Shown: positions 48,168 to 55,361 of the stretch, in pieces
How the letters are laid out: the number at the start of each line of letters is the position of its first letter
Position numbering within the stretch: position 1 is the first letter of the stretch
Assembly (NCBI GenBank): GCA_035530895.1
Contig: DATKTW010000106.1
Span: 1-55,361, forward strand
DNA from: Candidatus Nanopelagicaceae bacterium
GTDB lineage: Archaea; Asgardarchaeota; Lokiarchaeia; Sigyniarchaeales; SOKP01
DNA: 55,361 nucleotides
Reading direction: 5' to 3'
Program-made: the position numbers and the translations under genes
The notes under the pieces: model-generated
Seen by the model: the letters and a program-made list of their open reading frames with translations, nothing else
Told to the model about the DNA's origin: nothing
Databases searched by the model: none

Positions 48168-48333
48168 GCGCGAGTGGTTTAGACGTATAACGACACTTTC
48201 TAACGTGTTATTTTGGAAAGCGTTAAACGCTCACACCGTGTAAATTTTCGCTAATTCAAGGCGTCAATCTCGACGGTCGGGGGTTCAAAAGTCTGAAAAA
48301 TTCTTTTAAACTGAAAAATTCCCCCCTTGCGCA
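48168..48333 (+). tRNA. tRNA-like gene with multiple inserts, possibly tRNA-Val (CAC); exon structure unresolved
   Basis: - Acceptor GCGCGAG/CTTGCGC (one G-U pair).
- TGGTTTAG resembles the Val gene's TGGTCTAG.
- Candidate anticodon arm AAACG-CTCACAC-CGTGT.
- The T arm GGGGG-TTCAA...TT-CCCCC is split by about 30 nt (about 48290-48319).
- I could not derive a fully canonical D arm. Confidence 0.5.
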
Positions 48334-48445
48334 CTTTCACTAACAACGTAAAAACAATCGTTCTAATTGATATCGGAAGAAAACCAAAAAAGTTTTATTT
48401 TAAAATACATTTTTAAAGACAGTTACTAATTCTTAGGTTTATGCT

Positions 48446-48748
48446 ATGTCTTCTTTTTTAGAATCTCGTGAATTGAGGAAGTTATATAAAGAAGTTCGAA
48501 AAACAATTAAAGTTGGTTCTATATTTCTTACAAGATATGAAAAAGCCCGAATTACTGGCGCTAGGGCTTTACAAATCTCGTTCGGAGCTCCTATCCTAAT
48601 ACAGAAGCCAAAAAATGTTATAGATCCAATTAAAATCGCATTATTAGAATTAAAAGCAAAAATCTTACCTTTAACTATAAGGCGTAAATATCCAAGCGGA
48701 GAATACCAAGATATTTCCATTAATAGCTTGATTCTTAAGAAGGATTGA
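48446..48748 (+). CDS. rpoK: RNA polymerase subunit Rpo6 (RpoK/RPB6 homologue)
   Basis: LTRYEKARITGARALQISFGAP...DPIKIALLELKAKILPLTIRRKYPSGE matches the Rpo6/omega core. Confidence 0.8.
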   Translation: MSSFLESRELRKLYKEVRKTIKVGSIFLTRYEKARITGARALQISFGAPILIQKPKNVIDPIKIALLELKAKILPLTIRRKYPSGEYQDISINSLILKKD

Positions 48749-48759
48749 GAGTTACGGTT

Positions 48760-49221
48760 CTATTGAAGTCTATATTTACCCCTCTCTGTTAAAATGTACA
48801 CATTTTTCCCTTCGACCAGTTCAACTTCTAAATAACCTTTCGTTACTAAAGAATCTAAAAATTTTTCCAAATCTGCTTTTTTGAATGGTTCAAAACCTAA
48901 AGGAAGCCTACTCTGATTAGCGATAATCGCGATTCGCGTTAGGAACATTCTTTTACTAGTAAAAGATTCAAGCACCGTAAGCTCATCATTTGTAAGGCGT
49001 TCAAACTGATCGTGTTCTAAATATCGTTCTTTAAGAGCGTTTGCTAGGTTTTGTGTCTGAGGACTTATTTCTTGTTTCTTTACTTCGACATGTTTTAATT
49101 GGACGAGGTCTTTTGCAACTGGAGTTTTCTTAGACAGAGCCATTTGTTCTATGTAATTGCGAATTTTTTCTTTATCCCCCGAGTCTTTTTTCACCTTATC
49201 GTGTTCGTTTTTCTTTTCCAT
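48760..49221 (-). CDS. hypothetical protein with C-terminal winged-helix-like domain
   Basis: 153 aa. The C-terminus FLDSLVTKGYLEVELVEGKNVYILTERG resembles a wHTH recognition helix plus wing. Confidence 0.45.
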   Translation of the reverse strand: MEKKNEHDKVKKDSGDKEKIRNYIEQMALSKKTPVAKDLVQLKHVEVKKQEISPQTQNLANALKERYLEHDQFERLTNDELTVLESFTSKRMFLTRIAIIANQSRLPLGFEPFKKADLEKFLDSLVTKGYLEVELVEGKNVYILTERGKYRLQ

Positions 49222-49266
49222 AATAATACGATAAGAAATTTAATTATAAAAATTTATATTTAATTA

Positions 49267-49833
49267 ATGAAAGAAGTCGTCAAACTAAAGAACGGAGAAA
49301 AAATTCTCATCAGACATGTCATTGAATCCGATATTGATGGTATTTGGAATAATTTTAATGAAGTTGTTGATGAAGGAATCTATCTTCCGGTGTTATTTCC
49401 TGTGAGATCAAAATTTGAAAAACGATCATGGTTTCATAATATTGAAAAAGAAAGAGAAATATGTATCGTAGCATTCCAACCAACAATGATAAGTCCACAC
49501 AATATTTTAGGCCAATGTGAGATATCGAATCTCGAATGGGACGCTGCTACTCATGTTGGTAGCTTAGGCATAATTGTTCAGAAAAACTTCCGAGATTTAG
49601 GCATTGGCTTTAATTTAATCGATAAAGCTATCCGCGAATCAAAAAGATTATACAATAAGGAGAAAATAATTCTAAGCTGTTTTTTAGATAATGAGAGAGC
49701 TCTCTATCTTTACAAGAGAATTGGTTTTAAAACGGCCGGAATAAGGAAAAAGCAATTTTACATGGACTCGAGTTACTATGATGAAGTTATGATGGAACTT
49801 TGGATCGACGATTATCTAAATAAGAATCCATGA
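49267..49833 (+). CDS. GNAT-family N-acetyltransferase
   Basis: Acetyl-CoA-binding motif QKNFRDLGIGFNLI, with the beta-bulge region NERALYLYKRIGF. Confidence 0.75.
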   Translation: MKEVVKLKNGEKILIRHVIESDIDGIWNNFNEVVDEGIYLPVLFPVRSKFEKRSWFHNIEKEREICIVAFQPTMISPHNILGQCEISNLEWDAATHVGSLGIIVQKNFRDLGIGFNLIDKAIRESKRLYNKEKIILSCFLDNERALYLYKRIGFKTAGIRKKQFYMDSSYYDEVMMELWIDDYLNKNP

Positions 49834-50202
49834 TGATTGGAGTTATTCGGAAAATTCGTATTTTTCCATTATTTCCTTTAATTAAAATCTTCTGTATACA
49901 CAAATGATTTTTTGAGGTCTCAATAGCAAATATTTTGTTTACACAAATTAATGTAAGAAAAAAAAAAAAGAAAACAATATATGCATTTGTTTACTTCGAT
50001 CTCATAGATAAAAAATTAATTCTTCGAAAGAAACACTCTAAGACATCTCATTTTTTTTGTAATAAAAAAAATTTATATATACCAAATTTATTATTATGAT
50101 AATTTGAATTTGTTATAATTTATCGATATTATTATATCTACTAAAAAAATAATATGGATAAACATTAAAAAATTTAAAAACCGTTTTGAATAAGAAATAA
50201 AG

Positions 50203-50216
50203 TTTTTATAAATATA
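50203..50216 (+). promoter_or_regulatory. candidate TATA box for the actin gene
   Basis: TTTTTATAAATATA lies about 20-33 nt upstream of the ATG at 50236. This spacing would fit a leaderless or very short-leader archaeal transcript. Confidence 0.35.
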
Positions 50217-50235
50217 AATTAAAAAGCTGAATATT

Positions 50236-51381
50236 ATGGCAGAAGAAGAAAGTTTTTTAAACGCGAAAGCCTTGGTGGTTGATAACGGAACTGGAATCTC
50301 CAAGAATGGCTTCGCTGGTGAAGACCAACCTCGTTCTGTATTTCCAACTCTTATTGGCTATCCAAAATATGAATCGATAATGACTGATGTTGAGCATTAC
50401 ACTCGTGAATACTATATCGGAGAAGAAGCAATGCAATTAAAAGGTGTTCTTAAGTTAATGTTTCCCGTAGAACATGGTATTATCGAAGATTGGACCGCAA
50501 TGGAAAAGATTTGGCATTACACTTTTTATACAGACTTGAGAATCGATCCTAGCGAACACCCGGTTCTATTAACTGAAGCTCCATTAAACCCTAGACCAAA
50601 CCGAGAAAAAATGGCTGAAATTATGTTTGAAACCTTTAATGTTCCAGCCCTTTATGTAGCAATGCAAGCAGTTTTGTCGCTATATGCTTCTGGTCGTACA
50701 ACGGGATGCGTCATAGATATTGGGGATGGAGTCTCTCACGTAGTACCTATTTTCGAAGGCTTTGCTCTAAGTCATGCAATCCAAAGAATCGATCTTGCTG
50801 GCCGTGATATCACAACGTACCTACAAAGATTACTCCGACAAAAAGGATACTCCTTTACAACTTCTGCAGAGAAAGAAATTGTTAGAGATATCAAAGAAAA
50901 ACTCTGCTATGTAGCAATCGATCCAGAGAAAGAAATGATGCTTTCAAAGAAAGTTGCTGGAATGGAAAAAAGCTACATGCTTCCTGACGGAGAAACTATA
51001 AATGTAGGTGTCGAACGATTTTTAGCACCTGAATGCTTCTTCAATCCATCAGTAATCGGGAAAGAATTAGAACCTCTCGATGATGTAATTGTCGGTGCTA
51101 TTTCAGAATGTGATGTCGACCTTCGTAGAGACCTTTATGGCAATATTGTACTTTCTGGTGGTTCAACAATGTTCCCTGGAATCAAGGAAAGATTAACAAA
51201 AGAAATTAAAGAACAGATTCCAGAATCAGTTGATGTCAAGATTATAGCCCCTCCAGAACGTATGTATTCCGTATGGATTGGTGGTTCAATCTTAAGTTCC
51301 TTGAAAACATTCCACAGAATGTGGGTAACTAGAAGGGAATATAAAGAAATGGGACCACAAGTCATTCACAGATGCTTCTAA
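50236..51381 (+). CDS. actin homologue (lokiactin-like)
   Basis: 381 aa, colinear with eukaryotic actin. Matching segments: [88 protein letters not shown], and GGSTMFPG...[16 protein letters not shown]. Confidence 0.9.
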   Translation: MAEEESFLNAKALVVDNGTGISKNGFAGEDQPRSVFPTLIGYPKYESIMTDVEHYTREYYIGEEAMQLKGVLKLMFPVEHGIIEDWTAMEKIWHYTFYTDLRIDPSEHPVLLTEAPLNPRPNREKMAEIMFETFNVPALYVAMQAVLSLYASGRTTGCVIDIGDGVSHVVPIFEGFALSHAIQRIDLAGRDITTYLQRLLRQKGYSFTTSAEKEIVRDIKEKLCYVAIDPEKEMMLSKKVAGMEKSYMLPDGETINVGVERFLAPECFFNPSVIGKELEPLDDVIVGAISECDVDLRRDLYGNIVLSGGSTMFPGIKERLTKEIKEQIPESVDVKIIAPPERMYSVWIGGSILSSLKTFHRMWVTRREYKEMGPQVIHRCF

Positions 51382-51403
51382 GCCCATTAGGGCAAATTCT
51401 TAA

Positions 51404-51440
51404 TTTTTTTGAATTTTTTTATTTTTCTTTTTTAATTTTT
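51404..51440 (+). terminator. T-rich tract downstream of actin (candidate archaeal terminator)
   Basis: Several T5-T7 runs lie within 60 nt of the stop codon. Confidence 0.35.
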
Positions 51441-51582
51441 ACTACTTGTTTTAAACAATAACTTTTAAATATCTCAAATATAATCATAAATTTGATTGTA
51501 TTATTGAATTTAAAATATCTCTAAGGATATTTTAGGGTTTAGTCCAAAAATTTTCAAGCAGCAACAATGAAGTGATAATAAT

Positions 51583-52557
51583 ATGCCTGAAAGTAGTATT
51601 ATTTTAAATGATCTCAACAAGGTCTTTATACCTTGTAGAACGATTTTGGAGATGGAAGCATTAACTTCCTTGTTCTTAGAATACTATAATTATGATCTTA
51701 TTAGAGAAATACCAAAAAGTCAACCTTCAAGTCAAAAAATCATTGAAATTTTCCAAATTTTAGACTGCCGACCTCTTGAAAATATTATTAAATATTTTGT
51801 CGATGGCGTTGTCCAAAAACTCAAACCCATTGTAATGTATGAAAGGGATCATCACGATCGATTTAGAATGGGAAATATTGTAGCCTATACGAAAACACGA
51901 GTTTGTCTTTATGTAGCATTACATAGATTGAAGTTAAAATTTTTGTTCATTAAGCATTTTATGGATATTTTTAAAGACAACGAATTTAAATTAAATAAAC
52001 CAGAAGAACAAGTAGATTTAGGTCCTCACTTGTTTATATCTTCCTTATATAAGGACTATACTCATAAGAATAATATGAATCTTAAATTAATGCTTTCTTC
52101 GAAAAGAGTCTCAGATAGAGTTAGTAAATTACTAGATCTTAAAGATATAATAACTAACGAGGATATAATCAATGCAATAACCTTTAAGAAATATTTAGAC
52201 GATAATAATCGAATAAAGTTTATAATGAGAGAGATTAAAGCTTCAATTTTCGTATGTAAAGTAATGTTCGCACAAATTGATGTATTTAATCCTTTTTCTG
52301 TAGGAACAGAAACCATGATTAATGCTGAAGAAATTATGTTAAACCAAGATTTTATTCCAGTATTAATCCCTGCAATTTCAAGTGCTTATTCTGAAAATAA
52401 AAAGGTTCAGCTAGAAGATTTATTCCGAGCGTATGAATTTATGATGAGAAGAGTATTAGAGGGTATTAATTACGCTATAGAAATAGCTTCAGGTGGACAA
52501 ATTCTTCTGGATTTAGAGGATACAATATACAACTCCGGTAATATCTTCGACATCTAA
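51583..52557 (+). CDS. hypothetical protein (324 aa) downstream of actin
   Basis: Long ORF with no recognisable motif. Confidence 0.5.
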   Translation: MPESSIILNDLNKVFIPCRTILEMEALTSLFLEYYNYDLIREIPKSQPSSQKIIEIFQILDCRPLENIIKYFVDGVVQKLKPIVMYERDHHDRFRMGNIVAYTKTRVCLYVALHRLKLKFLFIKHFMDIFKDNEFKLNKPEEQVDLGPHLFISSLYKDYTHKNNMNLKLMLSSKRVSDRVSKLLDLKDIITNEDIINAITFKKYLDDNNRIKFIMREIKASIFVCKVMFAQIDVFNPFSVGTETMINAEEIMLNQDFIPVLIPAISSAYSENKKVQLEDLFRAYEFMMRRVLEGINYAIEIASGGQILLDLEDTIYNSGNIFDI

Positions 52558-52684
52558 GTCAGAATTTTTAAAAAAACTCAATTTTACCTCCAACTCATTC
52601 ATTTTTAATGCATTATAAGAAACATTAAAAATTAAATTAGATAAATTATTACAGAATGCAAGAATACACACTTTTCAATGATCC

Positions 52685-53995
52685 ATGTTAAACAAAGAAA
52701 TTGATTCAAATCGATTCACACCAGATTTTACCCATATGTTAAAAATCGTAATTCTTAATAGCTTAGGCTTTTTTTTTATAGGCTTTTTGGTCCCTATTAT
52801 TGCTCGATTAAATATGTCAGCAACTGCCATACAAATAAGTTTAATTGTTTCTATTCAAGTATTAGGTCGAACTATTAGCGGTACAATTACGGGATTTTTA
52901 ACTGATCGGGTGAAATCAAAGAAGAAACTCGTATTAATAGGATCAATTGGTAGAGGAACTTCTTATTTCATAATCTATACCGCCATAATTTTAAATTCTG
53001 TAATATTGTTAGGAATTGGAACATTTACTCTAGGCTTTATGGCGGGTGTTTTTTGGGTTCCATTTAATACCCTGATAGCAGAAAAATCAAATAAAAATAA
53101 CCGTTCTGAAGCCTATGGAAAAAGAAATTCTGCTAATGCCATAGGTCAAATGATTGGAGGTGTTATAGGTTTTATTCTTCTTACTTCACTCAGTTTTTTC
53201 ACTAGTAATCCCTTTCTTTTATACGCTAGTATTCCATTGTTTGGATTTGCTAACTTTTATGCGGGCTTTAAATTCAATCGAGAAGTGGACGAATCAATTA
53301 AATTTAACGAACCCTTAGATAACCTTACTAATCCCCTCATTAAAGAAAATAAGGAAAAACACCCTAAACTTGCTGGACCTATTATATTAGGATCATTTTT
53401 CTTGATGTTAGTCTTATTTCTTAGTAATATTAACGGTTCAATCGCAAAACCTTTTTTAAATATATATGCTATTGAAAATATCGAAGAAAATGTTCAATTA
53501 GTTACTTGGGCTTATTTACCTGCTGGGATTGTAGCTACTCTTCTCGCTCCAAAATTAGGCATTATAGTAGATAAGTTCCGCCCTGCTTTAGGTATAACTA
53601 TAACGAGTTTATTGGGGGCAATGGTTACTTGGTTGCTTGTCAACGCAGCAAATATTTGGGTTTTCTCGTTTCTTCTATTGATAGATATGACTATAATGAT
53701 TGCTTCTGGACTAATTTTTCAAAATTTATTAAGTAGAATTTCTTTAAAGAATCGTGGAAAAATGTTAGGATCAGGTGAGTTCTTTCAGTTTTTAGGAAGC
53801 GTCATAGGTCCAATTTTAGGAGGAGTTGTCTGGGATTTTTACGGTCCAAGCTATCCTTTCATTATTTCAATATTTGTTGAATTATCGCTAATTCCTCTTT
53901 ACCTAGTGGTAGTTTATTACTTAATACCGCATTTAGCTGAAAATTATAGTATAGAAAATGAAAAAAAGAGTAATAAGAAAATTAATAATACTTAA
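52685..53995 (+). CDS. MFS transporter
   Basis: 436 aa and polytopic. The GFLTDRVKSKKK loop after TM2 is MFS-like. Confidence 0.75.
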   Translation: MLNKEIDSNRFTPDFTHMLKIVILNSLGFFFIGFLVPIIARLNMSATAIQISLIVSIQVLGRTISGTITGFLTDRVKSKKKLVLIGSIGRGTSYFIIYTAIILNSVILLGIGTFTLGFMAGVFWVPFNTLIAEKSNKNNRSEAYGKRNSANAIGQMIGGVIGFILLTSLSFFTSNPFLLYASIPLFGFANFYAGFKFNREVDESIKFNEPLDNLTNPLIKENKEKHPKLAGPIILGSFFLMLVLFLSNINGSIAKPFLNIYAIENIEENVQLVTWAYLPAGIVATLLAPKLGIIVDKFRPALGITITSLLGAMVTWLLVNAANIWVFSFLLLIDMTIMIASGLIFQNLLSRISLKNRGKMLGSGEFFQFLGSVIGPILGGVVWDFYGPSYPFIISIFVELSLIPLYLVVVYYLIPHLAENYSIENEKKSNKKINNT

Positions 53996-54006
53996 ATATT
54001 AACTAT

Positions 54007-55122
54007 TTAAGGTCTTTTACCTTTTAATGTGGTTTCTGCTCGTTCAATTTTCTTTTTACTGAATTCTTTAACTTTTGCCAGTATTTCATCCTTTTTATTT
54101 GGTTTATTTAATTCTTTTGGCTCTTTGATATATCCTTTATTTATAGCGTTTTTATAGAGTTCTTCCCCAATCTTAGTTCGTATAATCGCTGTAGTTAATT
54201 TCTCTTCTGATCCGAGACCTCCAAAAGAGATATCTGCATATATATTGGAAAAATCAGGGCATGCAAAGCAAGCAGGTCGTCCAATTTCGTGTAAATCGGA
54301 AAAAGATATATGTAATACCTCATTATTTTTGAGATACAGGATAAGATCTTCCCTAATATTCATACTGTCAACATCCTCAAATGAAAACTTAAATTTCTCT
54401 TCAAGCATTTTTCTATCCTCATCGCTAAATGAAAAATTTAAATAACAGAATAAACCTAATGTGTATTTGACGATGTGTGCCGGAAGTATGCTTAATTCTT
54501 GCATTTTTCTAATTGAATTAATCTGACAAGGAGTTCCAACAATAGCTATATTTAACAAATCTGGACTCATAACTTTTTTCAAGGTAATATTGGTAGCAAT
54601 AAATGTATTATACTTTTCCAAACCAACAACTTGACTGGAAAGATCATAATGAGACCCAGCAGCTTCTATTAAATCTTCTTTCGTTGTAGCAAAAAATGGA
54701 ACTCTGTTAAATGGTCCTTTTCTTTTACAAACAATTGCTCCATCTATTAACTTATTTTCTAATAAATAGCTTAAAATCGCGGTAATAGCACCACCATCAG
54801 TAGCTTGTTTTCTAATTTCTTCAGAAGTAGCATGACACGAAGCAACTTTTATCTGATTTCCAATTGGAGCTTTATATTTAAATTTGGCATTTAATTGATC
54901 GTTTAAGACATGAGTTTGAGGACATACAAAATAACAAATACCACATTTAAGACAATTATCTTTATTTACATATTTTGGAGGTCCTGACTCTGACATCTCA
55001 ATAGCTTTTATTTCCCCAGCTGTACAAAAACTAACGCATCCCCCACACTCTCCACATAATCCTGGTTCATGAACTTCTTTTATTAAATCTTCAAATGATT
55101 TTGAACTTGCATTATCAATCAA
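54007..55122 (-). CDS. FrhB/FdhB-family (F420-type flavin-binding) oxidoreductase subunit with N-terminal 2x[4Fe-4S]
   Basis: CGECGGCVSFC and CLKCGICYFVCP motifs, then GGAITAILSYLLENKLIDGAIV and VGTPCQINSIRK, which are typical of FrhB_FdhB N/C domains. Confidence 0.75.
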   Translation of the reverse strand: MIDNASSKSFEDLIKEVHEPGLCGECGGCVSFCTAGEIKAIEMSESGPPKYVNKDNCLKCGICYFVCPQTHVLNDQLNAKFKYKAPIGNQIKVASCHATSEEIRKQATDGGAITAILSYLLENKLIDGAIVCKRKGPFNRVPFFATTKEDLIEAAGSHYDLSSQVVGLEKYNTFIATNITLKKVMSPDLLNIAIVGTPCQINSIRKMQELSILPAHIVKYTLGLFCYLNFSFSDEDRKMLEEKFKFSFEDVDSMNIREDLILYLKNNEVLHISFSDLHEIGRPACFACPDFSNIYADISFGGLGSEEKLTTAIIRTKIGEELYKNAINKGYIKEPKELNKPNKKDEILAKVKEFSKKKIERAETTLKGKRP

Positions 55123-55171
55123 TTATTTTCACCTATTTTCTATTAATTTTTAAAATTATTTTTATTTTAAT

Positions 55172-55361
55172 TTAATATTCATTTGGCATTTTTTTAAGTT
55201 CTGCCAGTGAAAAAACGGGGCCATCAATGCACACAAATTTCTCACCAATATTACATCGTCCGCATTTTCCGATCCCGCATTTCATTCGCATTTCTAAAGA
55301 ATTAAGAATCTGTTCGTCTTTCCAACCGATCTTAACTAACTCATCTACGGCAGTTCTTATC
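55172..55361 (-). CDS. C-terminus of a PyrK/AsrB/hydrogenase-gamma-type FAD/NAD(P) oxidoreductase with [2Fe-2S] (5' end outside window)
   Basis: The minus frame reads ...[40 protein letters not shown]. The MxCGxGxCGxC...C..GPVF motif marks the DHODB-type Fe-S domain. It is not in the ORF track because no start lies in the window. Confidence 0.6.
   Translation of the reverse strand, partial: IRTAVDELVKIGWKDEQILNSLEMRMKCGIGKCGRCNIGEKFVCIDGPVFSLAELKKMPNEY

Noticed and set aside
48192-48209. Hairpin GACAC-TTTCTAAC-GTGTT read as a CUA (amber/Pyl-type) or UCU (Arg) anticodon arm
   Set aside because: The loop is 8 nt and no register gives a 5-bp stem with a 7-nt loop. The gene also lacks tRNA-Pyl hallmarks: it has two nucleotides between the acceptor and D stems and a TTC T-loop. 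The hairpin is more likely intron structure.
48439-48720. 93-aa minus-strand ORF
   Set aside because: It is antisense to rpoK, whose translation carries the conserved Rpo6 core.
1-55361. CRISPR arrays, rRNA genes and large tandem repeats
   Set aside because: Reading the window by eye showed no regularly spaced direct repeats and no rRNA-like GC-rich blocks. The only GC-rich islands are the tRNA genes.

Overview
The window is a strongly AT-rich archaeal chromosomal segment, densely packed with genes on both strands. I saw no rRNA, CRISPR array, transposase or integrase.

**Archaeal core genes**
- The exosome/proteasome superoperon: psmA, SBDS, rrp4, rrp41, rrp42, eL43, pcc1 and prefoldin beta.
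- TFB, Rpo6, Hef, Sua5/TsaC and Cgi121.
- A four-subunit 2-oxoacid:ferredoxin oxidoreductase operon.
- ECF transporter modules and a PiT phosphate transporter.

**Eukaryote-like genes and likely origin**
- The window also carries a bona fide actin (lokiactin-like), a profilin-like protein and a Rab/Ras-like small GTPase.
- I infer from this combination that the source is an Asgard, Lokiarchaeia-like archaeon. No database search was possible.

**Most unusual items**
1. Five tRNA genes that all carry introns.
   - One is a tRNA-Val with three bulge-helix-bulge (BHB) introns.
   - A 30-nt intron at T-loop position 59/60 recurs in separate genes.
   - One 166-nt tRNA-like gene has an exon structure I could not resolve.
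2. Two tandem paralogues built as RHH-like domain + HisKA H-box + receiver, with no kinase ATPase domain.
3. A membrane protein that fuses a NOX/ferric-reductase-type bis-heme domain to an HdrC-like 2x[4Fe-4S] domain.
4. The GTPase ends in a zinc ribbon. Both it and Hef have conserved N-termini upstream of any canonical start codon.
5. A cassette of two tandem B12-radical-SAM genes plus a small ORF.

All functional calls rest on motifs read by eye from the supplied translations. No searches, folding or alignments were run.
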